The position numbers and the translations under genes are program-made. A stretch of 64,000 nt of DNA from assembly GCA_951406725.2 (NCBI GenBank), contig OX597840.1, positions 682,001 to 746,000 of the forward strand. Reading direction: 5' to 3'. Shown piece by piece: positions 29,048 to 42,559 of this stretch (its first letter is position 1; each line of letters starts with the position of its first letter). The notes beneath the pieces are model-generated. The model worked only from the letters and a program-made list of their open reading frames with translations, was not told the origin of the DNA and made no database searches. The stretch is from Octopus vulgaris. Taxonomy: Eukaryota.

Positions 29048-29615
29048 CAGTGCTTTTCAACCTTTTTGCAGGAGCGGAACCCCAAGGAAACATTTCACTG
29101 GCTCGAAGAACCCCTGTGCAATAATTTAATAGTCTTATGCACACACAGGAGTGGCTGTGTGGTAAGTATCTTGCTAACCAACCACACGGTTGCGGGTTCA
29201 GTCCCACTGCGTGGCATCTTGGGCAAGTGTCTTCTGCTATAGCCCCGGGCCGACCAATGCCTTGTGAGTGGATTTGGTAGACGGAAACTGAAAGAAGCCT
29301 GTCGTATATATGTATATATATGTATATGTGTGTGTGTTTGTGTGTCTGTGTTTGTCCCCCTAGCATTGCTTGACAACCGATGCTGGTGTGTTTAGGTCCC
29401 CGTCACTTAGCGGTTCGGCAAAAAGAGACCGATAGAATAAGTACTAAAAGGTGGTGCTCCAGCATGGCCGCAGTCAAATGACTGAAACAAGTAAAAAAAA
29501 GAGTAAAGAGTATATCTGCACAGGAGAATTAAAAATTACTGCCGATTTTAGCAGTTTTGTAACTTCTTGCGGAACCCCTGGACTGTACTGGCGGAACCCT
29601 GGTTGAAAACCACTG
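29048..29615. mobile_element. hAT-type MITE with perfect 8-bp TSD, interrupted by a SINE
   Basis: TIRs CAGTGCTTTTCAACC / GGTTGAAAACCACTG. TSD CTCCAGAT at 29040-29047 and 29616-29623. Subterminal GCGGAACCC repeats. Confidence 0.93.
29146..29512 (+). mobile_element. Family-A SINE nested in the hAT MITE
   Basis: CAGGAGTGGCTGTGTGGTAAG ... CAGTCAAATGACTGAAACAAGTAAAA. Confidence 0.92.
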
Positions 29616-29931
29616 CTCCAGATCACTTAGCTGGCAAAAGTGAGCTGTATCTGCAATTCAGCCTTGTCACATTCTGTGTCACATTGAATCTTCCTGAGAA
29701 CTATGTTAATGGTACGCGTGTCTATGAAGTGCTGAACTACTTGCACGTTCCATTTATCGGATTAACTGGAAGCCACGTCGTCTAATCGACAGAGTTCTAG
29801 TTACTTTTGGGCATATTCTGGAATGTACGGTGTCCCCATCAATGGCGGGCTGTTAAAGAGAGAGTAAATAACCGCTCTCATGTGTGTGTGTGCGTGCGTG
29901 CATGTGTGTGTGTGTGTGCGTGTGTGTGTGT

Positions 29932-30048
29932 GTTGTTGTGAGGGTTTTGCGTATAAACAAGATTAAGAAAAAATAAACAGTAATAAAAGTAATAATAGTA
30001 GTAGTAGTAGTAGTAGTAGTAGTAATAATAATAGTAGTAGTAGTAGTA

Positions 30049-30113
<65 letters not shown>

Positions 30114-30149
30114 CATTATTATTATTATTACTACTACTACTACTATTAC

Positions 30150-30192
<43 letters not shown>

Positions 30193-30443
30193 GTTATTAT
30201 TATTACCATCATTTTCATATATGATCATCATCGTCATCATCATCATTATTATTGATATTATTGTTATTATTACTGACAGTCCAAATCTGACGCTCGCAGT
30301 AATTATAATATTTGCTATTTTTAGGAATTAACAATAGTGCGACATACATCTTATTTAATAAAATTACGATATTAGATCGTATATCACGATTACATTGTAT
30401 TACTTTTTTTCTACTATTTCAGTCTCAGAGATCAATATCTACA
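29932..30443 (+). repeat. Local segmental duplication, copy 2
   Basis: Matches 25981-26394, with different microsatellite lengths. Confidence 0.9.
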
Positions 30444-30826
30444 GTTTTTCTGGCGTGGTAACTTGGAGAGGGGCTAGCCACACCTTATCCTTCTGTGCCA
30501 GAGATACAGTGATAACGTCGACAGCAGAACGTTCGATGAGCGACAAGATGGAGAAGTCGTAGACCCGCGGCTCGGAGGTTATTCCAGCCAAATGGAAGGT
30601 CCATACTGTCAGACAACGGTTGGTCACCAACTGCACACGAACAGCTAATGTGCGGCAACTTCGATGTCGACCATGTTTGCTACACACTGATACACCATTT
30701 GGTGCCTGGCGGGGAGGCCCAGAGAGGAAGTCTGCAACGCCAACTGCATTTTTCACCAACCGAAGGCGTATTTCTTTTCTGTGAGTTCAGCAGATGTCAT
30801 CGCTGCTGCAGATCAAGAGCAGGTTT

Positions 30827-31125
30827 TTAAGCCCAGATACAAATCTGCCAGAGAAGATTTCTGAACTGAATAATCAAAGTTGACCTACAACTGATAACTG
30901 ACGAAGACATATCACAGGCCTTTAATGATGAGTTGACACAGTCCTTAAATCTTAGCCTTGGATTATGCCGGAGTCTCTTTCCACTAAGAAGTTCCCCAGA
31001 TAGCATCTGTTTACGGATCCTGCTATCCTTCATTCTAATAAGGTGTCAAATTCAATGTAACCGGTGCTTGTGCACCATTACCTTAATACTCAAGTTATCA
31101 AATTCCCTCAGGACCTGTGTATCTG
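30827..31125 (-). pseudogene. RTE-clade LINE ORF C-terminal fragment
   Basis: VLREFDNLSIKVMVHKHRLH*..HLIRMKDSRIRKQMLSGELLSGKRLRHNPRLRFKDCV resembles the RTE consensus RWLGHVVRM..RIPKQLLYGEL..GKR..GRPRLRFKD. Confidence 0.82.
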
Positions 31126-31263
31126 GAGGTTTTCTTCTACGATGTGATAGAGGAAAAGTGAAAGAAAGAAGAGAGAGAGAGAGAGAGTAGGGAAAAATAA
31201 AAATTAAAAAAGTAAACTGAGAAAATAAAAGGGGGGTAGAAAAAATCCGCTGCACCAATGTGC

Positions 31264-31331
<68 letters not shown>

Positions 31332-31353
31332 GTTGTTGTTGTTGTTGTTGTTG

Positions 31354-31423
<70 letters not shown>

Positions 31424-31656
31424 CATTATTAGACAAAACAGTTTGATTCCGTTACAGGCAATGTAATGTTTCGAAGGGGTGTAATAGAAACCAGACTCTT
31501 TCGGTAATATAAGCTTGAAAGAGATGGCTTCTTCTAGAGGCCAGCAAAACTTCGAGTCGAGTAAAACCGAATCAAGCTGCTTTAAATGATAATTCATATT
31601 ACTTCTACTCTAAATATCTTGAGTGGTTTTATCTTTCGTTTGTCCTCTCACTAATG

Positions 31657-31784
<128 letters not shown>

Positions 31785-31874
31785 TATATGTATATATATA
31801 TATGTATGTATGAATATATATATGTATGTATATATATATATATATATTATACACACAGACACACACAAACACAA

Positions 31875-31920
<46 letters not shown>

Positions 31921-32640
31921 ACAATACAGCAAATCTCTTAAAGAGATTGTAAACGCAATCGTAATTGCAGAGGAAGGGCCGTCACAAACTTCCGTTTGGT
32001 CTCCTCGACGTCGTTTGTGATGATTTTTGTGCCATTATTGTACGAGGTATAAAATTTGAAATTCAATTGATAAGACGATTTGAGGCATGTATTTACCGCT
32101 AGCGTTCATTCATAACCCATGGGAGTGCTGTCTGTTTGAGGTGAGGTAAATGAAAGCCACACTGAATGACCTGCCACAAAATAAGACGCCATTAAATTGT
32201 TGGTAAGGTTCACGGAAATATAAACACCTATTCTTGTATATTTCGGTTGGTGATTGGAAACAAATTCGTACACACATATACACACCCATTTATATATATA
32301 CACACACATGCACACATATATGTATATACATATATATACATATACATATATATATATAAATATATGAATATATATACATATATATACACACATATATGCA
32401 TATATATATGCACATATATATACACACATATACATATAGATACAGATATATATATATATATACACACACATATATACATATATATGTATACACACACACA
32501 TATATACACATATATATAAATCTATATATACACACATATATACACGTATATATATAAATATATTTATGTATATATACATGTATAAACATATATATACACC
32601 AGTATATATATATATATTACATATATGTTTATATATATAG

Positions 32641-32675
<35 letters not shown>

Positions 32676-32682
32676 CATATAT

Positions 32683-32722
<40 letters not shown>

Positions 32723-32767
32723 TACATATATGTATTATATATATATATATATATATATATACATACA

Positions 32768-32803
<36 letters not shown>

Positions 32804-33374
32804 TATATGAGCGCAAACACACGCATGCAAATGTCCACACCCATTGAAACACATGGATACGCATAAACGCACACTCAGACACGTATACAAATCCACAAAC
32901 ACACATAAACATATGCGCAGACAATCACCCACACGCACACACACGCACAAACGCACGCGTGAAAACAGGCAAACACATATCACGTACATATACATACACA
33001 CACACACACACGCACACAAAAAAAAACACATACGTTGATGCACGCATACGCACACGCACATACACAGAATCACAAACACATACAGCGAAGCACGTATAAA
33101 CACATACATACACAGACAAGCATGCATACAAATATATTTCGTTTGTTGTTGTTGAATTCCGAGTCATCCCTGAACCAAAACCGATCAATAATTGATCAAA
33201 GACGGTTCAACCGTGACCATAGCGTCTATCTGTAGATGTAGCAATGCTTTAGGAAATGGAATCTTACGTTTCTGAAGAAAGACTAAATTTGGAGAACATT
33301 TAACGAAAGCCATGCGTTTCCTATCGAAATCTCCAAAACCATCAAAGCCTCCTCTTCCGCCACCAGCATCACCA

Positions 33375-36300
33375 TGACAACCACGACCACCACCAACGAC
33401 AGCAATATCACCACCAACACTATCACTGCCAACCCTATCAGAACCACCACAGCCACAATCACAACTACCACCAACACTACCACAACCACCACCACAACAG
33501 CCACTACGACTACTACCACCACAACGACCACCATAACCACCACTACTAACACCACCACAACTACTACCACCACCACAACCAACACCACAAACAGCCATAA
33601 CAACCACCTCCAAAATTAGATCCACCACCACCACCACCAACACCACAACCACCACCACAACCACTACCACCAACACCGCCACCAAAACCACTACCACCAA
33701 AACCATCACTAGCAAAACCAGCACCAGCACCACCACTGCCACGACAACTGCAGCCACCACCAGTACCACCACTAGAACAACCACTACCATCACCACAATT
33801 ACCACTATAAACAACAGCACACCCCCATACAACCACAGCCATCAATAAGACCACAACCGCTTCCAACAAGACAACCACCATCATCATCACCACCACCTTC
33901 ATCCCCACCACCACAACCACTACCACTACTACCACCACAACCACCACAACAGCCATCACAACAATCACCACCCTAACCACTGCCACTACCAGCAACAACA
34001 ACACTACTACCACCACACCCATCACCACAACCACCAACACAACTACCACTGCAATCACCACCACAACCACTACCACTACTACCACCACAACAACCACTAC
34101 AGCCGTCACAACAATCACCACCCTAACCACAGCCACTACCAGCAACAACAACACTACTACCACCACACCCATCACCACAACCACCAACACAACTACCACT
34201 GCAATCACCACCACAACCACTACCACCACAACCATCTCGACTACAACCACCACTAACACTCTCTACGCACCAATAGAATCAATAACCAGCACTATCACCA
34301 GCAACAATCTCCTTACCACCACCACAACCACCACCATGACTACCCCCATCACCACCACCTTCACCACCACTACCATTATAGCCATTCCTAGTACAATCAC
34401 TACCATCACCGTCAGCGCTAGCATCACCATCACCACTATCACCATTATAATCATATCCACTGCCACCAGAACCACTACCACAATAACCAGGCTCAGGATC
34501 AGTGGCACCACCAACTCCACTAGCACTAGTACCATCACCAACACTACAAACACCCTACATCTACCACAGCTAAAACCACGACCACCACAACCACTACCAC
34601 TGCTACTACCACCACAACCATCACCACTACCACCACCACAACCACCATCACCATAACCATCACCGCCATAAATAGCATTACCACCACCACCACTACCACC
34701 ACACCCAACACAACAATCACCACCCTAACCACAGCCACTACCAGCAACAACAAAACTACTACCACCACACCCACACCCATCACCACACCCACCAACACAA
34801 CTACCACCACAACCATCTCGACCACAACCACCACTAACACTATCTACGCACCAATAGAATCAATAACCAACACTATCACCAGCAACAATCTCCTTACCAC
34901 CACGCCCACCATAACCACTACCATCACTACAACTACCACCATCACCACCACTATCACCACCACTACCATCACCGTCAGCGCCAGCATCACCATCACCACT
35001 ATCACCATTATAATCATATCCACTGCCACCACTATCTGTACTATCACCACTACCACTTCCACATCCACTATTAGCATCACTACCACTGCCACCAGAACTA
35101 CTACCACAATCACCAGGCTGAGGATCAGTGGCACCACCAACTCCACTAGCACTAGTACCATCACCAACACTACAAACACCCTACATCTACCACAGCTAAA
35201 ACCACGACCACAGCAACCACTAACGCTACTCCCATCTACGACTGCTACAACCACGACCACCACAACCACTACCACTGCTACTACCACCACAACCATCACC
35301 ACTACCACCACCACAACCACCATCACCATAACCATCACCGCCATAACCACCATTACCACCACCACCACCGCTACAACCCTCCCCCAATTCCACCCCCACT
35401 ACCACTGTCACCCCAGCACCAAAACTACCACCACCGCCACGAGCACCACCACCACCACCACCACCACCACCACCACCGCCACAACCCTCCCCCAATTCCA
35501 CCCTCACTACCACTGTCACCCCAGCACCAAAACTACCACCACCACCACCGCCACAAGCACCACCACCACCACCGCCACAAGCACCACCACCACCACCACC
35601 ACCACCACCACCACCATCGCCACAACCCTCCCCCAATTCCACCCCCACTACCACTGTCACCCCAGCACCAAAACTACCACCACCACCGCAACGAGCACCA
35701 CCACCACTACCACCACCAGAACAACAAAACGAGCATCAATCACGACAACAGCACTACTACTGCAACACCTCGTTGCAGCTACCACCAGCACTACCACTGC
35801 CAAAACATCCTCCACAACTGCACACCACTTTCAAAAGAAATAGATTATAAAAAATCGGAGAAAGCATGAACGACCATGACACCACCACCACCTCTACTAC
35901 CACAGCAACCACTACTACTACCATGGTCACGACAACCATTACTGCATCCAATACTACCACTACTATCACTACTATTATCATCCCATACATTATTCCAACC
36001 ACTATATCATCCCTGCTTACTGCAACCAGTACCGTCATCCCTATCACCGACGCCACAACCACCGCCACTACCACCACCACCACTACAGCCGTAACAACCA
36101 CCATCAGGATCACAGACACCACCTCAACGAACATAACATCCACGCCACCGTTAGTACTGTGACCAACACCTTCGAATCAATCACCGCCTCACTACAATCA
36201 ACACTATCTCTACAGTCACCATCCCCACCCCCATCTTCACCGTCACTACCACTGCCACTACAACCATCACAACAACTGCCATCGTACGCTCCACCACCAC

Positions 36301-37050
36301 CACCACCACCAAATTTATTGACAGCACAACTACCAACACAAACACCATTCCACTTTCGCCACCAACAATGCCACTACTACTACTACTACCGTCACCGACT
36401 TCACAACCATTACCACGGCGATGACAACCACCACCGCCGCTGCCGCCGTCACCATCACTACCAGCACAACCACCACCCACCACACAACTACCACCATGAA
36501 AACCCCCACCACCTCCCTTCCGCCGCTGCCACTATCACCATCACCAACATCACCTCCACCGTGACCACCATCCGCCACCACAACTACCACCATCAATACC
36601 ACAACAACAACCACCAGCACCACAACCATCAACGACATTAGAACCACTACCACAACCACCACCACCACCGCCACCTCCGCGGCCACTATCGCCATCACCA
36701 ACTCCACCCCCATCGTGACGACTATCCGCTACCACAACTACCACCACCACCACCACCACTACTACTACAACCACCACCACCACCACCACCACCACCACAA
36801 CCACCACTACCACCACCATTACTACCACTAACCCTACTACCATCACAACCATCACCGACATTAGAAGCACTACCACAACCATCATCACCAGCACCGCGGC
36901 CACCATCACAATCACCACCACCAACTCCACCGTGACGACCATCCACCAATACAACTACCACCACCATTACTACTACAACAACCAACACCACCACCAGGAC
37001 CACCACGAACACCAGCACCACTACCACCACCTCAACTGCCACCACTGATA
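33375..37050. repeat. 3.7-kb ACC/ACT/ATC-rich low-complexity tract with higher-order duplications
   Basis: 150-bp repeat (33960/34110), ~580-bp duplication (CTACGCACCAATAGAATCAATAACC at 34263 and 34844), and three units containing CCCCAATTCCACCC at 35386/35494/35635. Confidence 0.9.
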
Positions 37051-37674
37051 ATAAAAACAATATGAACGTCAACAATAACCATAACAAAAACAGCGATAAT
37101 GACACCACCAGTAAAAACCATCGGTAACAACTATGGAGAAAAGACACCAAAGAATGATGTTAGTAAGGAAAACAAAAACAACGACAATACGAAGAATAAC
37201 AGCAACAATAAGACGAAGAAAATAAGGAAAAAAATGAAGAACAAAAACTACGACATCAATAACAACGCGAATAACGTTAATAATAACAACCACAACAATA
37301 AGGAAAATAATGAAAAGGAAAGAAAGGAAATAATAATAATAAGATAAAAAAGAATTAAAAATATTTAAAAAAAATGAATGATAGTAATAACAGCATGAAG
37401 AACAACAGCAGCAACAACATTGATAATAATAAAAGCAACAAAGGCAATAACAACAACAGTAATAATAACAGCAGCAACAATATTGGGAATGGAACAAACA
37501 ATAAAGACAACCACAATAACAAGTTATTCCTATCCGAACAGACAACAACATAAAACAAAGAAAAAATACAGAGAAAGAAAAAAAAAAAAAATAGGGAAAA
37601 AGAAAAGAGAAAAGAGAAAACAATTTTTTAAAGAAAAGTTAATTAAAATTATTATCTGCCAGAATTTAATTAGA

Positions 37675-37713
37675 TATGCAAATGACATATGCAAATGAAA
37701 TGTATGCAAATGA
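37675..37713 (+). promoter_or_regulatory. Cluster of three octamer (POU) motifs TATGCAAATGA
   Basis: ATGCAAAT at 37676, 37689 and 37704 with differing spacers. TAATTA sites lie just upstream and CACGTG at ~37778. Confidence 0.5.
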
Positions 37714-37848
37714 CTTCAATGAATCAATTTCAATGTCAGACAGCTTTCTTGATTTCTTATTTGGTTTTAAAAAAATCCACGTGACCCTCACATTCTCTCT
37801 TCCTTTTTTGTTTCTCTCTCTCTCACTCTCTCTCTCTCTGTTTCTCAC

Positions 37849-37886
<38 letters not shown>

Positions 37887-38214
37887 TCACTCTCTCTTAC
37901 CTTCCTATATCAATCTCCGTCGTTTTCATCTCACTCTCTGTCTGACTCCCTCTCTCTTTCACTCACCCTCTCTCTCTCACTCCCTCTCTCCCTCTCACTC
38001 ACTCACCCTCTCTCTCACTCACTCACCCTCTCTCTCACCCACTCTCTCCCTCTCTCTCTCTCTCACTCACTCTCTCTCCCTCTCACTCACTCACCCTCTC
38101 TCTCACTCACTCACCCTCTCTCTCACCACTCTCTCCCTCTCTCTCTCACTCACTCTCTCTCTCTCTCACCCACTCTCTCCCTCCCTCTCTCTCTCCCTCC
38201 CTCTCTCTCTCCCT

Positions 38215-38245
<31 letters not shown>

Positions 38246-38672
38246 ACTAAGTACCTACTTTTTATTTCCGTACCTATCTCCATCCCACACAATCAGTCTT
38301 CCCTCCTCTGTATCTATCACTTTTCGCTCCCTTCTCTCTTTCCTTCTCTCTCTCTCTCTTAAATATTCCTATCTCTCTCTCCCACGCCCCCTCTCTCTGC
38401 CTCGCTTCTCTCTCTGTTTGCGTGTGTCTCACACTCTCCCCTCAGTAATTATGTTTACTCCTGTCACTTTACCCCACATACACATTAACTCCTTCTTCCA
38501 TAAATCTCTCTTCTTTCATTCTCATCCGCTCTCTCTTTCTCATGTATCTGTCCTTTTTGCCCCGTCCTTTTCCCTCTCTCTATCATTCTCTCTACTCACT
38601 CTCTCTCTCTCTCTCTCTCTCACGCACACACACACTCACACGCGCACACACACACACACACACACACATATA

Positions 38673-38837
38673 TACGATGAGCTTCTTTCAGTTTCCGTCA
38701 CAGTTACCAGTCACAAGGCTTTGGTCTGCGCGAGGGCATAGTAGAAAACATTTGCCCAAAGTGCCACTCAGTGGGATTGAACCCGGAACCATGTGTTCCG
38801 GGTTCTTAACACACGGCCACTCTTGTGCCTACATATA

Positions 38838-38912
<75 letters not shown>

Positions 38913-39085
38913 ATATGATATATATATATATATGTACGACGGGCTTCTTCCAGTTTCCGTCTACTAAATCCACTCACAAGGTTTTGGTCGGCCCGGGGCT
39001 ATAGTAGAAGACATTTGCCCAAGGTGCCACGCAGTGGGACTGAACCCGGAACTTTTGGGTTGTGAAGCAAGCCTCGGACCACACT
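38673..39085 (-). mobile_element. Two family-A SINE 5' halves
   Basis: TTTCAGTTTCCGTC...CAGTGGGA(C/T)TGAACCCGGAAC occurs twice, separated by (TA)n. Confidence 0.8.
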
Positions 39086-39395
39086 GCCAGTTGGCGTTAA
39101 GTAGTTTCTGCCTCCATACCTTGAAGGCTGCGAAGGGTCTCACCTGCCAATCAACTCTTCCCTGCGATAAATGACCCCGGGTCTCTGTCTCGTTCTGTCT
39201 CATTCTTTCTCTGTCTGTCTGTCTGTCTGTTTCTGCATGACCGCCCCCGCATGGCTGAGACGAGTAAGAGAGCAATATGTGTATCTAGATGTGTGTGCGC
39301 ATTTGTTTGTGTGTGTACATGTGTGTGTGTGCGTGTGTGTGTGCGTGTGCCTTTCCTTCACCCTTCGTCGCTCGTCTCTCTGTCATCCTCTCTGA

Positions 39396-40183
39396 ATGTC
39401 TGCCTCTGCTTCTTTTCTTCCTATTTCCCAATGCCTCCCTCGCTACTTGCTCTCTTCGTCTTCAGCAGTCACATTCTCATCGTACGTCAATCTCCCTCTC
39501 GTTTGTCCAATCTTTCCATCCTGCCCTCCACTTCTCCTGCACCTTTTCCGACACTTCCGTCTCCTCTCTCGACATTTCGGTCAGCATTTATGACTCAACT
39601 CTTACCACCTCCATCCACTACAAACACACTGACTCACACCCATACCTCAAATTCTCCTCCGTCCATCCTAAACACACCAAGCTCTCCAATTCCCAGTTCC
39701 TCCGCCTGCGCAAGCTCTGCAGCAACAACCATGAATTTGAGACGCAGTCTCAACTCATGGCTCGCCACTTCATCCTACGTGGATATCCCCTCACCATTAT
39801 CCACACTGCCCTTCCAAGAGCACGTACCATGGACCGTGCATCTGCTCTCTTCTCCCGTCACGGTCTCGCTGTCACCCATCTACCATTTCCCCTCACATTT
39901 CACCCTCCACTGTATCTCTCAAACGCACCATTCTCTGTACACCGGTCAAACGGGAAGGCGCTTAGCTGACCGGTTTGCGGAACACCTCCGAGACATCAGC
40001 AACGACAGTCAGTGCTCGCACCATTTCCGCTATACCGGTCATTCTTTACAACACATGTCTGTGTTCGGACTGACCTTGCACAGGAGCCATTCGGATACCC
40101 GTTTTCGCTGTGAACAGGAATTAATCTTCCCTCATCACTCCTTTGCGCCACATGGTCTAAAATCTCTTCCCCTCTTGATCTAA
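39396..40183 (+). pseudogene. Penelope-like element RT C-terminus and GIY-YIG endonuclease remnant
   Basis: SSLDISV..LTTSIHYKHTDSHPYLKFSSVHPKHTK..SQFLRLRKLCS..FILRGYP, and in another frame YTGQTGRRLADRFAEHLRDI...EQELIF..APHGLK. Confidence 0.92.
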
Positions 40184-40379
40184 CCCCTTCCTCTCTCCTC
40201 TATTTCTCTCACATTATCCGCACACCTACACATGCATACACGCACACTCACGGTCACCAGCCCCTACCCATACGCAGATACTCGCTCTAGCATACCCACG
40301 CACGCACATCTTCATTTTGGGATCACCATCTACCCCCCCCCCCCTTATTTTTTCTTAGCTCTCCTGTCTGACACCTCTG

Positions 40380-40592
40380 TCAGGCATTCGCCATGACTGA
40401 ACGCTAGCCACTAAACCTTTTTTATTTTCTCTCTCTGCTTATTTCTATGTTCCTCTCTGTTGAAGAGCGTAGGTTCGAAACGTAAAAGACATTTTCACAT
40501 TCAGAGCGTTAAACTAATACATCTGTTTGTTTTTTTACACACCCGTGTTCGTCTTTTGTTTTTTGTTTTTTTGTTTGTTGCAAGTTCCAACA
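40380..40592 (+). mobile_element. Penelope-type pseudo-LTR / 3' region with hammerhead-like motif
   Basis: CTGTTGA-A-GAGC-GTAG-GTTC-GAAA-CGTA at 40457-40484, downstream of the PLE ORF. The 3' part is homologous to 59282-59363 (minus) and the motif recurs at 47025. Confidence 0.65.
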
Positions 40593-40625
40593 ATATATAT
40601 ATATATATTCATACATACACATATG

Positions 40626-40736
<111 letters not shown>

Positions 40737-41037
40737 TTATCTCTGTCTGTCTGTCTGTCTGTCTCTCTCTACATATATATGCATATATAAATATATAAAT
40801 ATATGTATGTATATAAATATATGTATATATATATATATATATAATTATATGTATATAAATGTGTGTGTATATTTGTGCACTCGAATAAACGTACGCACGT
40901 ATATACTCGTTAAGGAATACTATTGACAAGGATTGACGATAGTCTTGTAAGTGCCATCATTTAAATTAAATATCTTCCACTCAAAATATTTCAGTACATT
41001 ACCTTAATTTCTGATTACCGTATTTCTATTTTAATCG

Positions 41038-41083
<46 letters not shown>

Positions 41084-41225
41084 ATGCAGACATACATATG
41101 TATGTTTCTATGTATGTATATCTATGCTGAAAATTATATATATATATATGAATGTATGTATACATATATAGAATTTAGATATACACACATATAAATGCAT
41201 TAATATAAATACATATGTCTCGCTT

Positions 41226-41267
<42 letters not shown>

Positions 41268-41317
41268 CACTAATATATATATAAATGAAAACTGACTTGG
41301 AGAAGCGAAACGAAGAG

Positions 41318-41358
<41 letters not shown>

Positions 41359-41479
41359 TACATATATATTTATAACTACAACAGCAACAACAACTGCCAA
41401 AACAATAACAACAGTAACAACAACACTTACAATGTTAACAAGAATAGCAACAACAACAACAACAACAACACATTAGAAA

Positions 41480-41785
41480 ATCTCTTTTATACCCCGATCG
41501 ACAAAATCCTATGATATAACACGAATCTGTGAAACAGATTTACCGTTCAATGTATGCGTATGCATCCCACCTTACACAGACGATAAGACAGAAGCTGGCC
41601 TTGGCTAGAAGCAGACTCATGAAAACGATAACGGAACGAGGGGAAGACCCATCAACTCGGCACAGAGGCTGCGATGGGTATACAAAAGTTAAAACGTAGA
41701 ATCAGGAACAACGAAATAATATGCCTCTCCCAAGACAAATCCGGCAAGATGTCGGTAGACACCCTGCAGAACTACGTCGAGACAA
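41480..41785 (+). pseudogene. Probable Penelope-like RT N-terminal fragment
   Basis: GIQKLKRRIRNNEIICLSQDKSGKMSVDTLQNY resembles the PLE pre-RT 'L..L....IV...DK(S)G' motif. Confidence 0.55.
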
Positions 41786-41872
41786 TACATACATACACTC
41801 ATAAATCCATCCATTCATCCATCCATATACACATGCATACGCCCACACACACACATATATATATCTATTGAT

Positions 41873-42335
41873 ATTTTTTATTTTATCTAGTTTCAGCTCA
41901 CGAGCTGTGGCCATGCTGGGGCACCGCCATTCAGTGTTGCTACATGATTTTACTTCACAAATGCTTTTTAGCTATTGACATTTGGTGCATGAGAGAGTTT
42001 GATGCAGCTGCCCTCATTTGCGCCTCCTGCCGTGAAGTTGGTTCATCTCCGACACCTGACAGGAAGAGGTCCAGTTTTATTTTAAAGACATCTGCATCCA
42101 CCCCATGCAGGTCTCTCAGGTCCTTCGGGAGGATATTGAAGAGCTGTGGGCCTCTGAAGCCCAGGCTATCACAGTATCTCGTCCTACATCTTGATGGCAA
42201 ATTTGGAGTCCTTGGCACTATGCAGTGGCGCCCAGTTCTAGCATTTGTGTAACTCTCGATGCCAAAGTTTGGGACAAGTCCTTCTAGGATCTTCCAGATG
42301 TATATTATGGCATATCTTTCTCGCCTACGCGAGAT
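41873..42335 (-). mobile_element. 3' end of a CR1/L2-group LINE (ORF2 C-terminus and 3' UTR)
   Basis: RRRERYAIIYIWKILEGLVPN...RGPQLFNILPKDLRD...FKIKLDLFL..DEP..AASNSL, stop at 41955, then a short UTR and an A-rich tail. Confidence 0.85.
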
Positions 42336-42559
42336 GTTTACATTGTAAGGACATTGAAACTGGCACAATGTTTGGCACGCCAGGAAATCATGCCTCGCGA
42401 CCTTTTGTCCGCCTTTACTTCTGCGTTCAAATATCATCGTGATCGACTTTGCAATCCATCAAATCGCCATCGATAAAATAACTACCAGCTGGGCACTGGA
42501 TACAATGTAATCGTCTTGAAACCTCTCCTCAAATTTCTGGCCTTGTGCCAATCTAATAT

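Larger units (their letters stand above)
28945..29800 (+). mobile_element. Old CORE-like family-B SINE split by a hAT MITE
   Basis: Head CAGTGGTTAGG...GTGTTGTGTCCTT..AAGATACTTTCACGTTAC before 29040. It continues CACTTAGCTGGCAAAAGTGAG...CCTTGTCACATTCTGTGTCAC after 29623. Confidence 0.7.

Noticed and set aside
30444-30826. GC-richer segment next to the RTE fragment as an exon
   Set aside because: No recognisable protein motif or clear splice frame; most likely the 3' part of the RTE element or another repeat.
39251-40183. 310-aa ORF as a host gene
   Set aside because: It is a composite of microsatellite, off-frame PLE RT and the GIY-YIG remnant, i.e. a frameshifted Penelope relic.
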